Assembly: GCA_039588295.1 (NCBI GenBank)
Contig: JBDHAB010000001.1
Location: 423,338 to 487,337, forward strand
Source of the DNA: Gemmatimonadota bacterium
GTDB taxonomy: Bacteria; Gemmatimonadota; Gemmatimonadetes; Gemmatimonadales; GWC2-71-9
Reading direction: 5' to 3'
Length of the DNA stretch: 64,000 bases
Positions 1-9,926 of the stretch are shown in pieces (position 1 is the first letter of the stretch; each line of letters starts with the position of its first letter). The translations under genes were made by a program, and so were the position numbers. The notes under the pieces were generated by a model. It searched no databases and had not been told where the DNA came from. It saw only the letters and a list, made by a program, of their open reading frames with translations.

Positions 1-150
1 CCAGCCCATGATGTCGCCAGCATTGTTCGCATCGGCCGTGCGGTCGATCAGTGTCTGGATTGCAGCGACATCGGCATCGAGCGGCGGTGGGGCTTCCCCA
101 CACGCAAGGCCGCTCACGGCGACGAGGACGGCAAGGAATCGGATTCTCAT
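1..150 (-). CDS. Lipoprotein, probable NTF2/DUF4440-like (3' part outside window)
   Basis: Manual translation MRIRFLAVLVAVSGLACGEAPPPLDADVAAIQTLIDRTADANNAGD; lipobox-like LAC followed by an NTF2-like first helix. Confidence 0.55.
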   Translation of the reverse strand, partial: MRIRFLAVLVAVSGLACGEAPPPLDADVAAIQTLIDRTADANNAGDIMGW

Positions 151-258
151 CGGTGTCACCCGGTGATCAATGGGCCTGATGTCCACGAATTGGCTGTGGT
201 TGTATGGGAATCACGGAACCAGGAGGAGGAGGGTATGCTCCACCTGAATCCGATTCCC

Positions 259-480
259 TCAGGGTTCTCGTAGAGCCGAATCGAGCCGGGCGCGGCGAGC
301 AGCCGCCGAGTCCGCCACGTCCAGCGCCTTCTTCACGCCGGCTGCGCCAGGGAGGTTCGACTCCGCCAGCACGCTGTCGCGGGCGCGCTCCGCTTGCGGA
401 TCTTGCGGGCGCTCGGCGGTGTCTTGAGAGCCGCAGCCTAGGGTCATTGAAAGCAGGAGTCCGGCGATCATGGCGCGCAT
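259..480 (-). CDS. Small hypothetical lipoprotein
   Basis: Hydrophobic N-terminus ending in TLGC. Confidence 0.65.
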   Translation of the reverse strand: MRAMIAGLLLSMTLGCGSQDTAERPQDPQAERARDSVLAESNLPGAAGVKKALDVADSAAARRARLDSALREP

Positions 481-533
481 GAGGGTTCCCCGCTGAAGAG
501 ACTATCACAGTGTGGTCGGTGATCGACCGGGGG

Positions 534-1010
534 TCAAGCGATGGAGGCCAGCTGCCTCAAGTCTTCAGCCGTGAGGCTGATCGCTTGGGCGAATCCGCCG
601 ACGTAGCGTCCCCTTTCAAGCTGCAATCGGTAGAGCCTGAAGTCACCGAGCGAGAAAGTCGGCTCGCTGGACGGGAATCGCCGAGTGAACAGCCGCTGCC
701 CATCGCGATACGCGTCGGTTCCCCTGTCGATCGGCTGCACGACGCCGTGGAGGGTCAACCGTGGAATCTGCAGGGGATCGATGTCGGGCCCGTCGGGCTT
801 GTGAATCAGCGCGCTGAAGTGCGCTCCCGGCTGAAGGCCACGGCTGTGACGGGCCAAATCCGAAGCGTGCACGAGCACGGCCCGATAGTCGGGAGTCATG
901 GCGTACGGCAGAAGACCGACATGCGGCTCGCCGGACACGAGCAGCGACAGTGCGAGCACCCGTTGGGTCTCGAGCAGATCTCGCAACTCCTGAAGGTGAT
1001 CCGGGTTCAT
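534..1010 (-). CDS. Pyridoxamine 5'-phosphate oxidase-like (HugZ-type split-barrel) protein
   Basis: SDLARHSRGL, PRLTLHG, LGDFRLYRL, YVGGFAQA motifs. Confidence 0.8.
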   Translation of the reverse strand: MNPDHLQELRDLLETQRVLALSLLVSGEPHVGLLPYAMTPDYRAVLVHASDLARHSRGLQPGAHFSALIHKPDGPDIDPLQIPRLTLHGVVQPIDRGTDAYRDGQRLFTRRFPSSEPTFSLGDFRLYRLQLERGRYVGGFAQAISLTAEDLRQLASIA

Positions 1011-1024
1011 GCGGGCACGAGTGG

Positions 1025-1291
1025 CTAGCGCAACAGATCCAAGGTCCGCTCGATGAGGGCGACGGCCTCAACGGAGTCTTCGGGGTCCACATAGTCGAGG
1101 GCAGAGGCGAGTTCGCGGAGTGCCTCCTCCCCTGCGGCATCGGTCCCCTCAATCGCGTCCGCAGCCAGAACCTGCTCCTGAAACGCTGTGATCGAGGGCG
1201 AACGTTGCCCCGGCACTTGGAGAGCTTCGTGCAGCAGGTTCAAGAGGTCGGACAAGTGCGGTACCATGGCGGCGTGCAATTCGTTCGGCAC
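1025..1291 (-). CDS. Hypothetical protein
   Basis: Helical 88-aa ORF co-oriented with neighbours. Confidence 0.45.
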   Translation of the reverse strand: MPNELHAAMVPHLSDLLNLLHEALQVPGQRSPSITAFQEQVLAADAIEGTDAAGEEALRELASALDYVDPEDSVEAVALIERTLDLLR

Positions 1292-1576
1292 GGATTATGG
1301 CCTCGGGCACAGGCTCGTGCCGGGTCGGTCGTCGAGGCCCGCGGGCATTACCAGCGTGACCGTCTCACCGGCTCGGCGTAGACGCGCCGCCCCACCAGGC
1401 TGCCGCCGCGGCACGTACCTCCCCGTCGTAAAGCCGAGGACCACGGCCACGGAGAGGATCTCGCTTATGGAGATACGATAATCTGGTACCATGCGAAAGT
1501 AACCCACCCAGACGTTACGGACCTCTTCGCACCACGAACCTCGTCGTCGCCAGCTCGACGGCCACACGAGGGATTG

Positions 1577-2539
1577 CTACCGGCCGCGCCCGGTGGCCGG
1601 GTCGCGTCCATAGAACGCCGACAGCTCATCGTACAAATCGGGTGCGCTTCTGCGCAGTTGCGCCGGCTTCTCAAAGAACGCCTCAGTCGCCACGGCAAAG
1701 AACTCTGCACGGTTCGTTGCCCCATATTTATTGAGCACCGTTCGACGGAATTGCTTTCTCGCTCGTTTCAATCGCTCGTGGTGCTTGCCCACGACGGCCG
1801 CCCATGTCTGCAGCGAGGAAGTCGGCAGCGCTGCGGGTACGCCGTCCGCGATCCCATCCTGCTGGTCCAGCCGGTGGGCGAACTCGTGAAACACCACGTT
1901 CCGCCCGTCGTCTGCATTCGCGGCGCCCCTACGCGCCGCATCCCAGGATACGACGACGGTACCGCCGATCCAAGACTCTCCCAGTCTCGACTCACGCGGC
2001 GGCGCAATCTGTCCGGTGGACAGCGCGTGCTGGCGGAGGGCGTCATCCGGTGGTGTGTACGCTCGTGGGTAGACCAAGATCGTCTTGAGATCCGGATAGC
2101 ATCCGCTTTCGAGGCTCAGCAGGAGGTAACAGGCTTGGGAGGCGATGTTGAGCTTCATCTCCTCAGTCAGCTCGAGCCCACCGCATCCCTCGAACCGCTT
2201 CTCGTGCAGGAACACCTGTACATAGCGCAGGAGCCGCGCACGCTCAGGATCCGAGAGGGCGTGGGAAAGGGGAAAGGTCCGGTGGAGGATTTCGAACCAG
2301 TGCGATGGTATCGGTTCGTCGCGGAACTCAACCGGTCGAGTCCAGCGGATACTGGCGAGCCATTGCCTTGCGAGATACATGAATGCGGCGACGGCTGCGA
2401 GGCCAAGTAGCCCGGCACCGACCAAGATGAAGAGCTCCATCGGACGACCCGTCACAAGCGCAAAGCCAACCAGGACGATACCGCCGAAGGCGGCGAGGAG
2501 CGGAAGTCGCCGTCTGGCGGTCAGATCAGGTATCGACAT
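1577..2539 (-). CDS. M90 (MtfA-like) zinc peptidase with N-terminal TM segments
   Basis: LGESW, DGRNVVFHEFAH, YGATNRAEFFAVATEAFFE. Confidence 0.9.
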   Translation of the reverse strand: MSIPDLTARRRLPLLAAFGGIVLVGFALVTGRPMELFILVGAGLLGLAAVAAFMYLARQWLASIRWTRPVEFRDEPIPSHWFEILHRTFPLSHALSDPERARLLRYVQVFLHEKRFEGCGGLELTEEMKLNIASQACYLLLSLESGCYPDLKTILVYPRAYTPPDDALRQHALSTGQIAPPRESRLGESWIGGTVVVSWDAARRGAANADDGRNVVFHEFAHRLDQQDGIADGVPAALPTSSLQTWAAVVGKHHERLKRARKQFRRTVLNKYGATNRAEFFAVATEAFFEKPAQLRRSAPDLYDELSAFYGRDPATGRGR

Positions 2540-2589
2540 CCGTGGCTTGCGGAGTTGCGCACCGGCGATCTAGTCCGGGAGCGTGGTGC

Positions 2590-2841
2590 TCAAAAGATGC
2601 GGTATTTGACCGCCAGGTACACTAGCATCGCCACGCAAGCCAAGATGGCGGGTATAGCGAGGGACGTGATCAGCTTTGCCCGCGCCATCGCTTGCTTCTG
2701 AAGGGCGATGGCCTCGCTCCGCACCTTCTTGGTTTCTTCCGCCGCCTCGTGCAGGAACTGAAGCGTCTCGTCTTGTTTCGCCAGCAATTCTCGTTGCGCC
2801 TGACGCATTGCGTCGAGCGCCTCGTGCATCTGTTGGTCCAC
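2590..2841 (-). CDS. Hypothetical coiled-coil protein with C-terminal TM helix
   Basis: RBS-like AGAGGG upstream; amphipathic helix then hydrophobic tail. Confidence 0.6.
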   Translation of the reverse strand: MDQQMHEALDAMRQAQRELLAKQDETLQFLHEAAEETKKVRSEAIALQKQAMARAKLITSLAIPAILACVAMLVYLAVKYRIF

Positions 2842-2860
2842 AGCTCATCCCTCTTGAAGG

Positions 2861-4099
2861 TCAATTGCCTGGCATTGCTCGATGTCTCACCGTCGCGAGC
2901 AAGGCGTCGAGAAATGGCCCGAGAACGGACGGACGTCCGCCGCCAAAGATATTCCAACTGTTGACCACACCGATCAGGCGGTATTCCGGGATAACGACCA
3001 GGAATTGTCCGCCAAAACCGAGACCGGCCCACACGTCCGCCGCGTCGCGATCGATCCGCCACCACTGATAGCCATATCCCCAGCCCGCGCGATTGACACC
3101 CTCAACCCGGCGCGCGGTTGAGGCCTCGACCCAACCCTCCGGGAGGATGCGACGGCCGTCCCAGATGCCGTCGTTCATGTACAGATACCCGATCTTGGCC
3201 AACTGCTCTGCCTCGAGGTAGAGGCCGCCTTCGGTGTCCGGCAGGCCCCTTGGCGTCTTCTTCCAGTGGTAGTCGTGAATGCCAAGCGGGCCAAACAGGT
3301 GTTGTTCCGCGTATTCGTCGACATAGCTCCCGGTGGCGTTCTTCACGATCGCAGACATCAGGTGGCTTCCGCCGCTATTGTAGACCCACTTCTCACCCGG
3401 GTTGGCGTCCATCGGCTGGTCGAGGGTGAATTGGACCCAGTCATCACTCGCCTCGAGCTGCAGCGTGGTGTTGGTTTCGTCGAACGGGCGGTCCGATTCG
3501 TGCCACTCGATCCCGGAGCGCATGGTCAGCAGATCGTCCAGCGTCACATTCCGTAACCACTCGTCGGCATTCGACAGATCATAGTTGTCGAGAAAGGCCA
3601 CAATTGGGGTGTCGATCCCTTCGATCTCGCCTTGCCCGATCGCGATCCCAATCAATGCCGACGTCACGGATTTCGTCACGGACTGGAGCGAGTGAATGTC
3701 CCGGCCTTGGTAGTATGGGTGCCAGTCGGGATGATAGTAGTTGTACTGGTGTATGTCGCTTGCGTCGCGGCATGTACCTTGACCGCATCCCAGTGTCCCC
3801 TCATGTCCTTGGCTGATCGTGCGGTAGTCGTTTTCGTATTGCTCGCTGACTACGAGATATCCGTTGCGCACGACGACCATGCGATCGACGTAGCCGTACG
3901 TTCCAGCCTGGATGGTTCGGTGCAGCGCTTCGAGTGGTGCAGGGTGGAGGCCCTGAGCCTCGGGTGAGCTGAGGCTCCAGCCACTGGTGGGCCCGGCCGC
4001 CTGCTGAGCGGCGATTCGCGAGCCGTGTGCGCTCGCGAGAAGCATGATGGTAAGCCGCAGGCAAGCGCGGAGTAGGCGAGCGGCGGTCACAGCACACAT
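2861..4099 (-). CDS. Serine hydrolase, beta-lactamase/AmpC-like family
   Basis: SVTK (SxxK), LLTMRSG, YNS, YGYQWW; start chosen at ATG 4099 after GGGAGG. Confidence 0.88.
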   Translation of the reverse strand: MCAVTAARLLRACLRLTIMLLASAHGSRIAAQQAAGPTSGWSLSSPEAQGLHPAPLEALHRTIQAGTYGYVDRMVVVRNGYLVVSEQYENDYRTISQGHEGTLGCGQGTCRDASDIHQYNYYHPDWHPYYQGRDIHSLQSVTKSVTSALIGIAIGQGEIEGIDTPIVAFLDNYDLSNADEWLRNVTLDDLLTMRSGIEWHESDRPFDETNTTLQLEASDDWVQFTLDQPMDANPGEKWVYNSGGSHLMSAIVKNATGSYVDEYAEQHLFGPLGIHDYHWKKTPRGLPDTEGGLYLEAEQLAKIGYLYMNDGIWDGRRILPEGWVEASTARRVEGVNRAGWGYGYQWWRIDRDAADVWAGLGFGGQFLVVIPEYRLIGVVNSWNIFGGGRPSVLGPFLDALLATVRHRAMPGN

Positions 4100-4136
4100 C
4101 GGTTCCTCCCCGAAGATGGCCCAGCGCGGAGGTGCG

Positions 4137-4610
4137 CTAGTCGAGGCGCGCAATGGAGCGCTCGAAGTCGCGCACGAACATCCGGCTGCCTTTCGCGAAT
4201 ACCTCGTGTCCCTCTGATTCCAAGTGTCTCTTCTGACCGGTGACCCCTCCGGGGTACTTCGGGTTCAACTCACCACCCGCCTTCAAGGTACGCCAGTACG
4301 GTGTGATCGCTGTCCGGCCGTCGGCTTCATCTTCCCCTGCCGCACCTGCGGCAATCCGCGCCAGAATCCCGGTGGTAATCGGGCAGCCGATCGTCGCGTC
4401 ATGTCGACGGGCGACGATCTCTCGGATGTGATTGATCGTGATGAGCTTACGCTTCGGCACCCTGCGCATGATCTCGTCGACTTCTCGGGGAGCCGGGATG
4501 ACGATCGTTCCGGTTCCCCACTGCTTGCGCATTCCGTCTGAGATGGCTTCCACACGCGGTAGGTCCTTGCTGTCTGCCAACTTCTCCCGGAAGGCCTTGC
4601 GTCGTCCCAC
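4137..4610 (-). CDS. MGMT/ATL-like DNA-binding domain protein
   Basis: CPITTG and TPYWRTLKAGGELNPKYPGG; GTG start inferred. Confidence 0.7.
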   Translation of the reverse strand: MGRRKAFREKLADSKDLPRVEAISDGMRKQWGTGTIVIPAPREVDEIMRRVPKRKLITINHIREIVARRHDATIGCPITTGILARIAAGAAGEDEADGRTAITPYWRTLKAGGELNPKYPGGVTGQKRHLESEGHEVFAKGSRMFVRDFERSIARLD

Positions 4611-4625
4611 TGTCGCACTCCCCTC

Positions 4626-4640
4626 GGCGAACCGTTCGGC
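4626..4640 (-). mobile_element. Collapsed attC-like remnant
   Basis: Minus strand GCCGAAC-G-GTTCGCC between a stop codon and the next RBS. Confidence 0.35.
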
Positions 4641-4648
4641 CTGCCGAA

Positions 4649-5230
4649 CTAACGTGAGATCATCACGTGCGCGGTCGGCTTGCCGGGAAACATCAGCCAC
4701 GGGACACCGTCACCCGGACGGCTGGGTAAACCGGTCTGCTCAGCCGTCGCGTAGGCCATGTAGATCACGGTCAGGTGGTTGAGCCCCTCCATGTTCTCGG
4801 GGCTCACGGTAGAGGGATCGGATCCAAACAGTTGATGCAGTGCGGCTGGGTGTCGCGGCATCTCCAGACGACCGGCCTCGATCTCTTCCCACCGCCGCTC
4901 GATCGACGGCTGTCCCGTGATCCCCTGGGCGTGTAGTTCGCGACCGCGCGCCATGTATGGCGCGAGGGACTTGTGATAGCAGGCAGCCTGGAACCGATCG
5001 TCTCCCGGGCGGTCTGCCAGGCAGATGAAGTCGCCGGTGCCGCGGCGGAGCGGCACGACGGTGCCATCCTCATAGCCGAGCACAGTGGCGCTTACTCGTT
5101 CGGCCTCGGGGAGCGGTAGCACCGCGAGCGCGATCTGGCGGTCGGCCGCCTGGGCGACGGCGGTGATCGGTGTGACCGCCGCAAGAAGGAGGAAGCCGAT
5201 CGGCAGTGCGAACCGGTTGAGCCTCATCAT
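4649..5230 (-). CDS. Secreted hypothetical protein
   Basis: Signal peptide, GGAGG RBS, FICLAD..ACYH and PWLMFPGKPTAHVMI motifs. Confidence 0.75.
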   Translation of the reverse strand: MMRLNRFALPIGFLLLAAVTPITAVAQAADRQIALAVLPLPEAERVSATVLGYEDGTVVPLRRGTGDFICLADRPGDDRFQAACYHKSLAPYMARGRELHAQGITGQPSIERRWEEIEAGRLEMPRHPAALHQLFGSDPSTVSPENMEGLNHLTVIYMAYATAEQTGLPSRPGDGVPWLMFPGKPTAHVMISR

Positions 5231-5322
5231 TGGACCTCCCCTGGATCCGTGGTGTGAAGTTGGTGTCCCCGCCGGAGTGCTTGGTCACGCTTACGCGAGT
5301 GAGCTGCGTTCTCGTCAACGTG

Positions 5323-5787
5323 CTATGCCTTCTTGCGGGGTCTTTGCTTGGAGTGGACGTCCTTCGCTCGGGCAATCAGCTTCTCAACTTCCAACGATGC
5401 GATCGTATCGCCTATGAGCGGTAGCGGGAGGTCGTCCAGCTTGCGGAATCGCACGCACGACTTGCCAACGTCAAATCGCTTGCCAGTTGCCCTGTAGGCC
5501 GTCTCGAACTCTCGGCACGACTCTTCCGAGCTATAGATACCGGTGAGGTAGACTGCCATGTGGTTCTTCTGCGATGCCAGAGCGGCATACATGAGTGGCT
5601 GACCGTTATACGTGTCTGGATACGTCTTCAAGGGTACCTGATACGTGATCATCCCCCAGTTCATCACCTCTTCGTAGCCCGCAGGTAGATTCTCGAGAAT
5701 GACCTGGCGAACCGTGGAGAGAGCCTGACGTCGTGTGTCGGGCAGTGCCGTGAGGTACTGCTCAACGGTGGTGGCCTCCGATCGCAT
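5323..5787 (-). CDS. DUF1801 (YdhG-like) protein
   Basis: WGMITY, YAALASQKNHMAVYL, GKSCVRF. Confidence 0.88.
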   Translation of the reverse strand: MRSEATTVEQYLTALPDTRRQALSTVRQVILENLPAGYEEVMNWGMITYQVPLKTYPDTYNGQPLMYAALASQKNHMAVYLTGIYSSEESCREFETAYRATGKRFDVGKSCVRFRKLDDLPLPLIGDTIASLEVEKLIARAKDVHSKQRPRKKA

Positions 5788-5838
5788 AACGATCCTCCTC
5801 TTTCTTGATCAGTGGCGTCGATGTGGAGCCTGATAGCG

Positions 5839-6567
5839 TCATGCATCCTCTATTTGGGAGAGACGGGCCACGTACTCGCCATGTTGCTCGCTCAGTACCT
5901 CGCAGGTCCATCCCATTGACACGGCGTGCTGCCGCAAGGTCTGCGGATCCACGTGCAACCAGTCACAATACGGGCCCGTCTGACCCTGAAACTCGAACTG
6001 GATGCGGATCATTCCGACATACCGCCCTTGTTGACGATTTGTTTCATGGTAGGCCAGATGGATCGGATCGTCGGTCTGCCGAACGTCCACGGAATGGATG
6101 AGCACCTGTCCCTCGGTACTGGTGAGTTGATGGGCGTGGCCAAGGAACCGGTCCAGACCCGATAAGCCTTGAACCATTCCTATGCCATGACCCAGCATCA
6201 AGAGAGTATCGAACGGGCCGCCGTCAAACTGGAATACGTCGGCGCGCTGAACGTCCTGCACACCGCGCTCGGCCATGATATCGACCGCCTGTGGGCTGAT
6301 GTCGATGGCCGTGACGTGCAGTCCCTGAGATTGCATGACCAGAGCGTGAAGTCCTGAGCCGGCGCCAATGTCGAGCACGTGCCCCTGACAGCGCTCGAGC
6401 GCTGCCACCTCGAGCGGCGAGAACTCGGTTGGCGGGCGGAAGAAATGGCTCACCGGTACAGGGTCCTCGAATCCGTCATCGCGTCGTATGGTGAGCCGGG
6501 TGTCCGTCTCACCGGTGAAGTACGCGAGAAGCGCGAGTCCGTGTGGCATCATGGCGTCTGGATGCAT
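5839..6567 (-). CDS. Class I SAM-dependent methyltransferase
   Basis: VLDIGAGSG, AIDIS, FDTLLML; start moved to ATG 6567, downstream of an attC-like core at 6646. Confidence 0.85.
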   Translation of the reverse strand: MHPDAMMPHGLALLAYFTGETDTRLTIRRDDGFEDPVPVSHFFRPPTEFSPLEVAALERCQGHVLDIGAGSGLHALVMQSQGLHVTAIDISPQAVDIMAERGVQDVQRADVFQFDGGPFDTLLMLGHGIGMVQGLSGLDRFLGHAHQLTSTEGQVLIHSVDVRQTDDPIHLAYHETNRQQGRYVGMIRIQFEFQGQTGPYCDWLHVDPQTLRQHAVSMGWTCEVLSEQHGEYVARLSQIEDA

Positions 6568-6645
6568 CGCAATCAGGTCTTGTCGTTGACGGTTCTCGTG
6601 TCCAGTGACGCTTGGCATCCTTGGGCGCTCGTTGCGTGGATCTGG

Positions 6646-6670
6646 TTCTAACAACCGCGCAACCAGCTGC
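6646..6670 (-). mobile_element. attC right-arm remnant
   Basis: Minus strand GCAGCTGGTTGCGCGGTT-GTTAGAA, resembling the right arms at 11600 and 18375. Confidence 0.45.
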
Positions 6671-6857
6671 TCTGGGGTATCCACCGAGTTCTCGACGAAA
6701 CACTCAGGTCCGAAGATCGCCCCGGTGAACACGGTACGTAGCAGGTTCACTCGCTCCGTCCCGATTGTCCAGGCATCGCGGGGCGGCATCGCGTGCCGCC
6801 GCTACCTCCGGGACTCAAGAGAACTCTCGATTCTCCTGAAAGACCGCTGGTGGCGCC

Positions 6858-7367
6858 TCATGCGCTGTGGCTGAGACACCGATCGGGACGTCGCGGCAGC
6901 CACCGGTTGACTCGCTGCAGATACCGCGAGTACGTGGTCCCGAAGCGCTGTGACAACACTGGTTCCTCATAGAGTCGCACGAAGAGATGCGCAAGAAGCC
7001 ATCCGCAGGCGGCAAGCAGCTCGATGGCGGGAGAGCGTAACCACAGTCCGACGCCACCCAGCAGTCCGAGTGCGCCGAGGTACATGGGGTTCCGGACCCA
7101 GCGATAGGGACCCACCACGACGAACGTCCGCGGCGCATCAAAGGGTGCCGGTGTGCCTCTACCCGCGGCAACGAAGAGGATGCCACACAGGAGTACCAGG
7201 GCGCCTCCCAGACCCGCCAACACGAGGCCCAACGGCTGGACCCACTGCGGAAGGCTCACGCCGAGCCGAGTGTCCAGGGGTCGGATCAGGACTGCGAGCC
7301 AGGCCCACAGTAGCATGAAACCGGTCATGTAAAGAAGAGCGCGAACGGCAAGCAATAGGCCAGTCAT
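6858..7367 (-). CDS. Isoprenylcysteine carboxyl/phospholipid methyltransferase family membrane protein
   Basis: GRGTPAP, GPYRWVRNPMY, YEEPVL..RFG..Y..Y. Confidence 0.9.
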   Translation of the reverse strand: MTGLLLAVRALLYMTGFMLLWAWLAVLIRPLDTRLGVSLPQWVQPLGLVLAGLGGALVLLCGILFVAAGRGTPAPFDAPRTFVVVGPYRWVRNPMYLGALGLLGGVGLWLRSPAIELLAACGWLLAHLFVRLYEEPVLSQRFGTTYSRYLQRVNRWLPRRPDRCLSHSA

Positions 7368-7380
7368 GATCCACTGATGG

Positions 7381-7848
7381 TCAAATCTTGTCCCAATTCC
7401 AGATCGCGTACTGTGTCGCCTGATTCAATTTGTGGCCGCACTCCTTGAGGGTCAGGAGGATGCTTCCTCGATGGTGACTCTCATGCGCGACGAAGTATGC
7501 GAGGCTGGTCGCGACCCCCTTCTTGAAGCCGCGGCGCTTGGCTTCCCCCGCGATCAGATCGGCGAGAAACGATTCCACCGCGGCCCCTGACGCGGAAAGG
7601 GCCTTTCTAAGCTGCGGCTCTGTGGGGTGCGTCTTGGCCTGGAACGTCTTGAGCTTCTGCGCGAGATCTCTTGCCCGTTGTTGCAGGTGCCACACACGCA
7701 CATTGTGGATATGAGCGAACTGCCCAGCGACGTCGCGGCCGCCGTGCTTCGAGAGGGTGCACCGCATGCCCGCACTACTGATGCGGTCGATCAGAAACAG
7801 GTTGATGCGGTTGTTCGTGCGCCAGGCTTCGAGCACCTCCTCGAGCAT
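7381..7848 (-). CDS. DinB family protein
   Basis: FAHIHNVR and HESHHRG metal-binding histidines. Confidence 0.85.
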   Translation of the reverse strand: MLEEVLEAWRTNNRINLFLIDRISSAGMRCTLSKHGGRDVAGQFAHIHNVRVWHLQQRARDLAQKLKTFQAKTHPTEPQLRKALSASGAAVESFLADLIAGEAKRRGFKKGVATSLAYFVAHESHHRGSILLTLKECGHKLNQATQYAIWNWDKI

Positions 7849-7909
7849 ACACCCTCCAGTTCCGGCGGAGGCCGGCTGGTGCCTCAGGCGTTCGCGTCGT
7901 GGCACGTTG

Positions 7910-8416
7910 CTATCCGTCGCGCCGTTCCGACACCAATCGCGAAATGGACTGGGCGCCGATCCCTGCGGATTGGCCGGTCACGACTCGCCGGTGATAGTCC
8001 ACTTGTCCGAGGTGGAATGCTAGGTGAGCGGCCAGATGGGTCAGGAACAGGCCGGTCGCGAGCCGGGTGCCGCCGACAGCAAGTGGGTACTGCTGGCTGA
8101 GATTTCCATCGTCGAGGCGCTCGAACGTCTGTCGTACCACCCGGATGGTGGCCTCAATCCTAGCCTCTAGCTCGGAGCGCGGCACCGAGCGGTCGGCAAA
8201 CTCGGCCTCGCGGTCGCGAACGTAGCCGGTACCGCCCAACTGTGCTCCGATGAAGTGCTGGAGGTTACCGGTGAGGTGAAGCGCGAGTGTGCCAGCCGAG
8301 TTCGCGATTCCCTGGGGGCACGCCCACAGCGCGTCCTCCTCGGGGTACGCACGAATCTCCTCGCGGAGCGCCGCCAGATCCCGAGCGATGACTAGTTGAA
8401 GGAACTCTGTTGTCAT
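7910..8416 (-). CDS. DinB family protein
   Basis: NSAGTLALHLTGNL, RDREAEF, HLAFHLGQVDY. Confidence 0.88.
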   Translation of the reverse strand: MTTEFLQLVIARDLAALREEIRAYPEEDALWACPQGIANSAGTLALHLTGNLQHFIGAQLGGTGYVRDREAEFADRSVPRSELEARIEATIRVVRQTFERLDDGNLSQQYPLAVGGTRLATGLFLTHLAAHLAFHLGQVDYHRRVVTGQSAGIGAQSISRLVSERRDG

Positions 8417-8497
8417 GTCGAACCCCGAAGTCTCCAAACATGGTGGTTTCGCTGCCCTGCCGGGCACCCACGCGCCGATGGCGGCAGGTAGAGCCCG

Positions 8498-9394
8498 TCA
8501 GTTCCCACTGGATCTCAAGAACTCTCGAATCAACGTTCGGAACCGACTGGGATCTTCGATGAATGGAAAATGACCGACGTTTGACAATACTTCGAGACGC
8601 GCGTTCGGGACCGCAGCTGCCGTCGCCCGGATTGCCGTCGGTGCGAAGACAGAGCAGTCGCCGTAGATCAGCAAGACGGAGACATCCAGCGCTTGCAGCG
8701 GGCCCGTGATATCCCATTCTCCCAGATCGGCCCGAAGGGCGGCAGCGGCAGCGTTCAGGTTTGCAAGACTGTCCGCGGTGAATCCGAAGTTCAGTGCCTC
8801 AGCCTGTGCCGGATCGGCAAAGTACGGCCGTAGAAACACCCGGAAGTAGGCTTCGACGAGTTCCGGTTGCCGTTGCCAATCGGGATTCGCGGTGAACGCA
8901 TCGAGGCGTGCCGCGTCCGCGGGCGAACGGCGCGTCGCGATGGTGTCGCGGTAGGTCGCCCAACCTGCATAGGTGATCGGGTCGCCGTCGATCACGACCA
9001 CTCGATCCGTCCGATCCGGATAGGCGATGGCATAATGCAGGGCCAACAACCCACCGAACGAGTGCCCCAGGAGAGTGACGCGGTCGATGCCGACGGCCGC
9101 TCTGACTGCGTCGAGGTCGGCCACGAACTGGGCCATCGTCAGCAACGCGGGCCGATCGGCGCCGGTCGATGCTCCACTGCCGCGCTGCTCGTAGAAGATG
9201 AGCTGCACGATGTCCGAGAGTTGCGCGGTGATCGCATCCTCGAGGTACTGGCGCCCGAACCCTGGCCCACCCGGAACCACGATCACCGGGGCTCCCGTGC
9301 CAACGGCCGTGTACCGCAGCCACGTCCCAGCTACTTCAACACCCCGCCCCAATGGCTCGGCTCGAGCATGTGGTTGCGTGGAGCCTGGCTTCAT
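8498..9394 (-). CDS. Alpha/beta hydrolase (proline iminopeptidase-like)
   Basis: PGGPG, GHSFGG nucleophile elbow, GHFPFIE. Confidence 0.85.
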   Translation of the reverse strand: MKPGSTQPHARAEPLGRGVEVAGTWLRYTAVGTGAPVIVVPGGPGFGRQYLEDAITAQLSDIVQLIFYEQRGSGASTGADRPALLTMAQFVADLDAVRAAVGIDRVTLLGHSFGGLLALHYAIAYPDRTDRVVVIDGDPITYAGWATYRDTIATRRSPADAARLDAFTANPDWQRQPELVEAYFRVFLRPYFADPAQAEALNFGFTADSLANLNAAAAALRADLGEWDITGPLQALDVSVLLIYGDCSVFAPTAIRATAAAVPNARLEVLSNVGHFPFIEDPSRFRTLIREFLRSSGN

Positions 9395-9399
9395 GATGG

Positions 9400-9860
9400 C
9401 TAACGATCGGTGTAGTGGTCCGCGTCCGCGTACGTGATCAACCAGTCCTTGCCCCGGCGCTGCCACACGAGCGTGAGTCACGGAAGGTGAACGAAACGAC
9501 GGCGCCGTCTCGTCCCAGCACGATCACCTCCACAGCGGTAAACCCTGGTTCGAAATGCTGGAACGTCCCGAGCGTGCGCCGGATACTGGCGGCGACCGAG
9601 TCGTACTCTGAACGGACCCCGTCGTTGTACATGTAGAACTCCGGTGCCAGATGCGCAATCACACGCTCGGCATCCAGCGCCCGTTCGGCGGACTCGAACG
9701 CACGGGTGGCGGAATCGGCGCTCGCCGCAATGGCCGCGCGCTCCGCGTCAGTCAGAGACGCACCGCCGGCCTGACACGCACTGAAGAGTACGCAGCCGAA
9801 GAGGAAGGTCGGTCGACAGAATCGCATAGCGGGCCCTGCAAGGTTCTCGTCGAAAGCCAT
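9400..9860 (-). pseudogene. NTF2/DUF4440-like lipoprotein, frameshifted near 9475
   Basis: Frame ends ..SFTFRDS; a plausible C-terminus TLVWQRRGKDWLITYADADHYTDR* continues in another frame to TAG at 9400. Confidence 0.7.
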
Positions 9861-9882
9861 GGTCAACGCTCAAGCGTTAGCG
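9861..9882 (-). mobile_element. Collapsed attC-like remnant
   Basis: Minus strand CGCTAAC-GCTTGAGC-GTTGACC followed directly by ATG. Confidence 0.45.
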
Positions 9883-9926
9883 AAATCTACGCGTCGTCAG
9901 CCGCTCGCTGGCGCATGCAGAGATCG

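Noticed and set aside
1295..1567. 90-aa ORF in the array
   Set aside because: No recognisable motif or clear RBS; may be a cassette relic
2861..4099. Bona fide beta-lactamase resistance gene
   Set aside because: SxxK family membership only; has YNS and no KTG, and most such proteins are esterases or amidases
9398..9404. GTTAGCC as an attC core before the hydrolase start
   Set aside because: Fully explained as the CGT-TAG end of the frameshifted NTF2 gene
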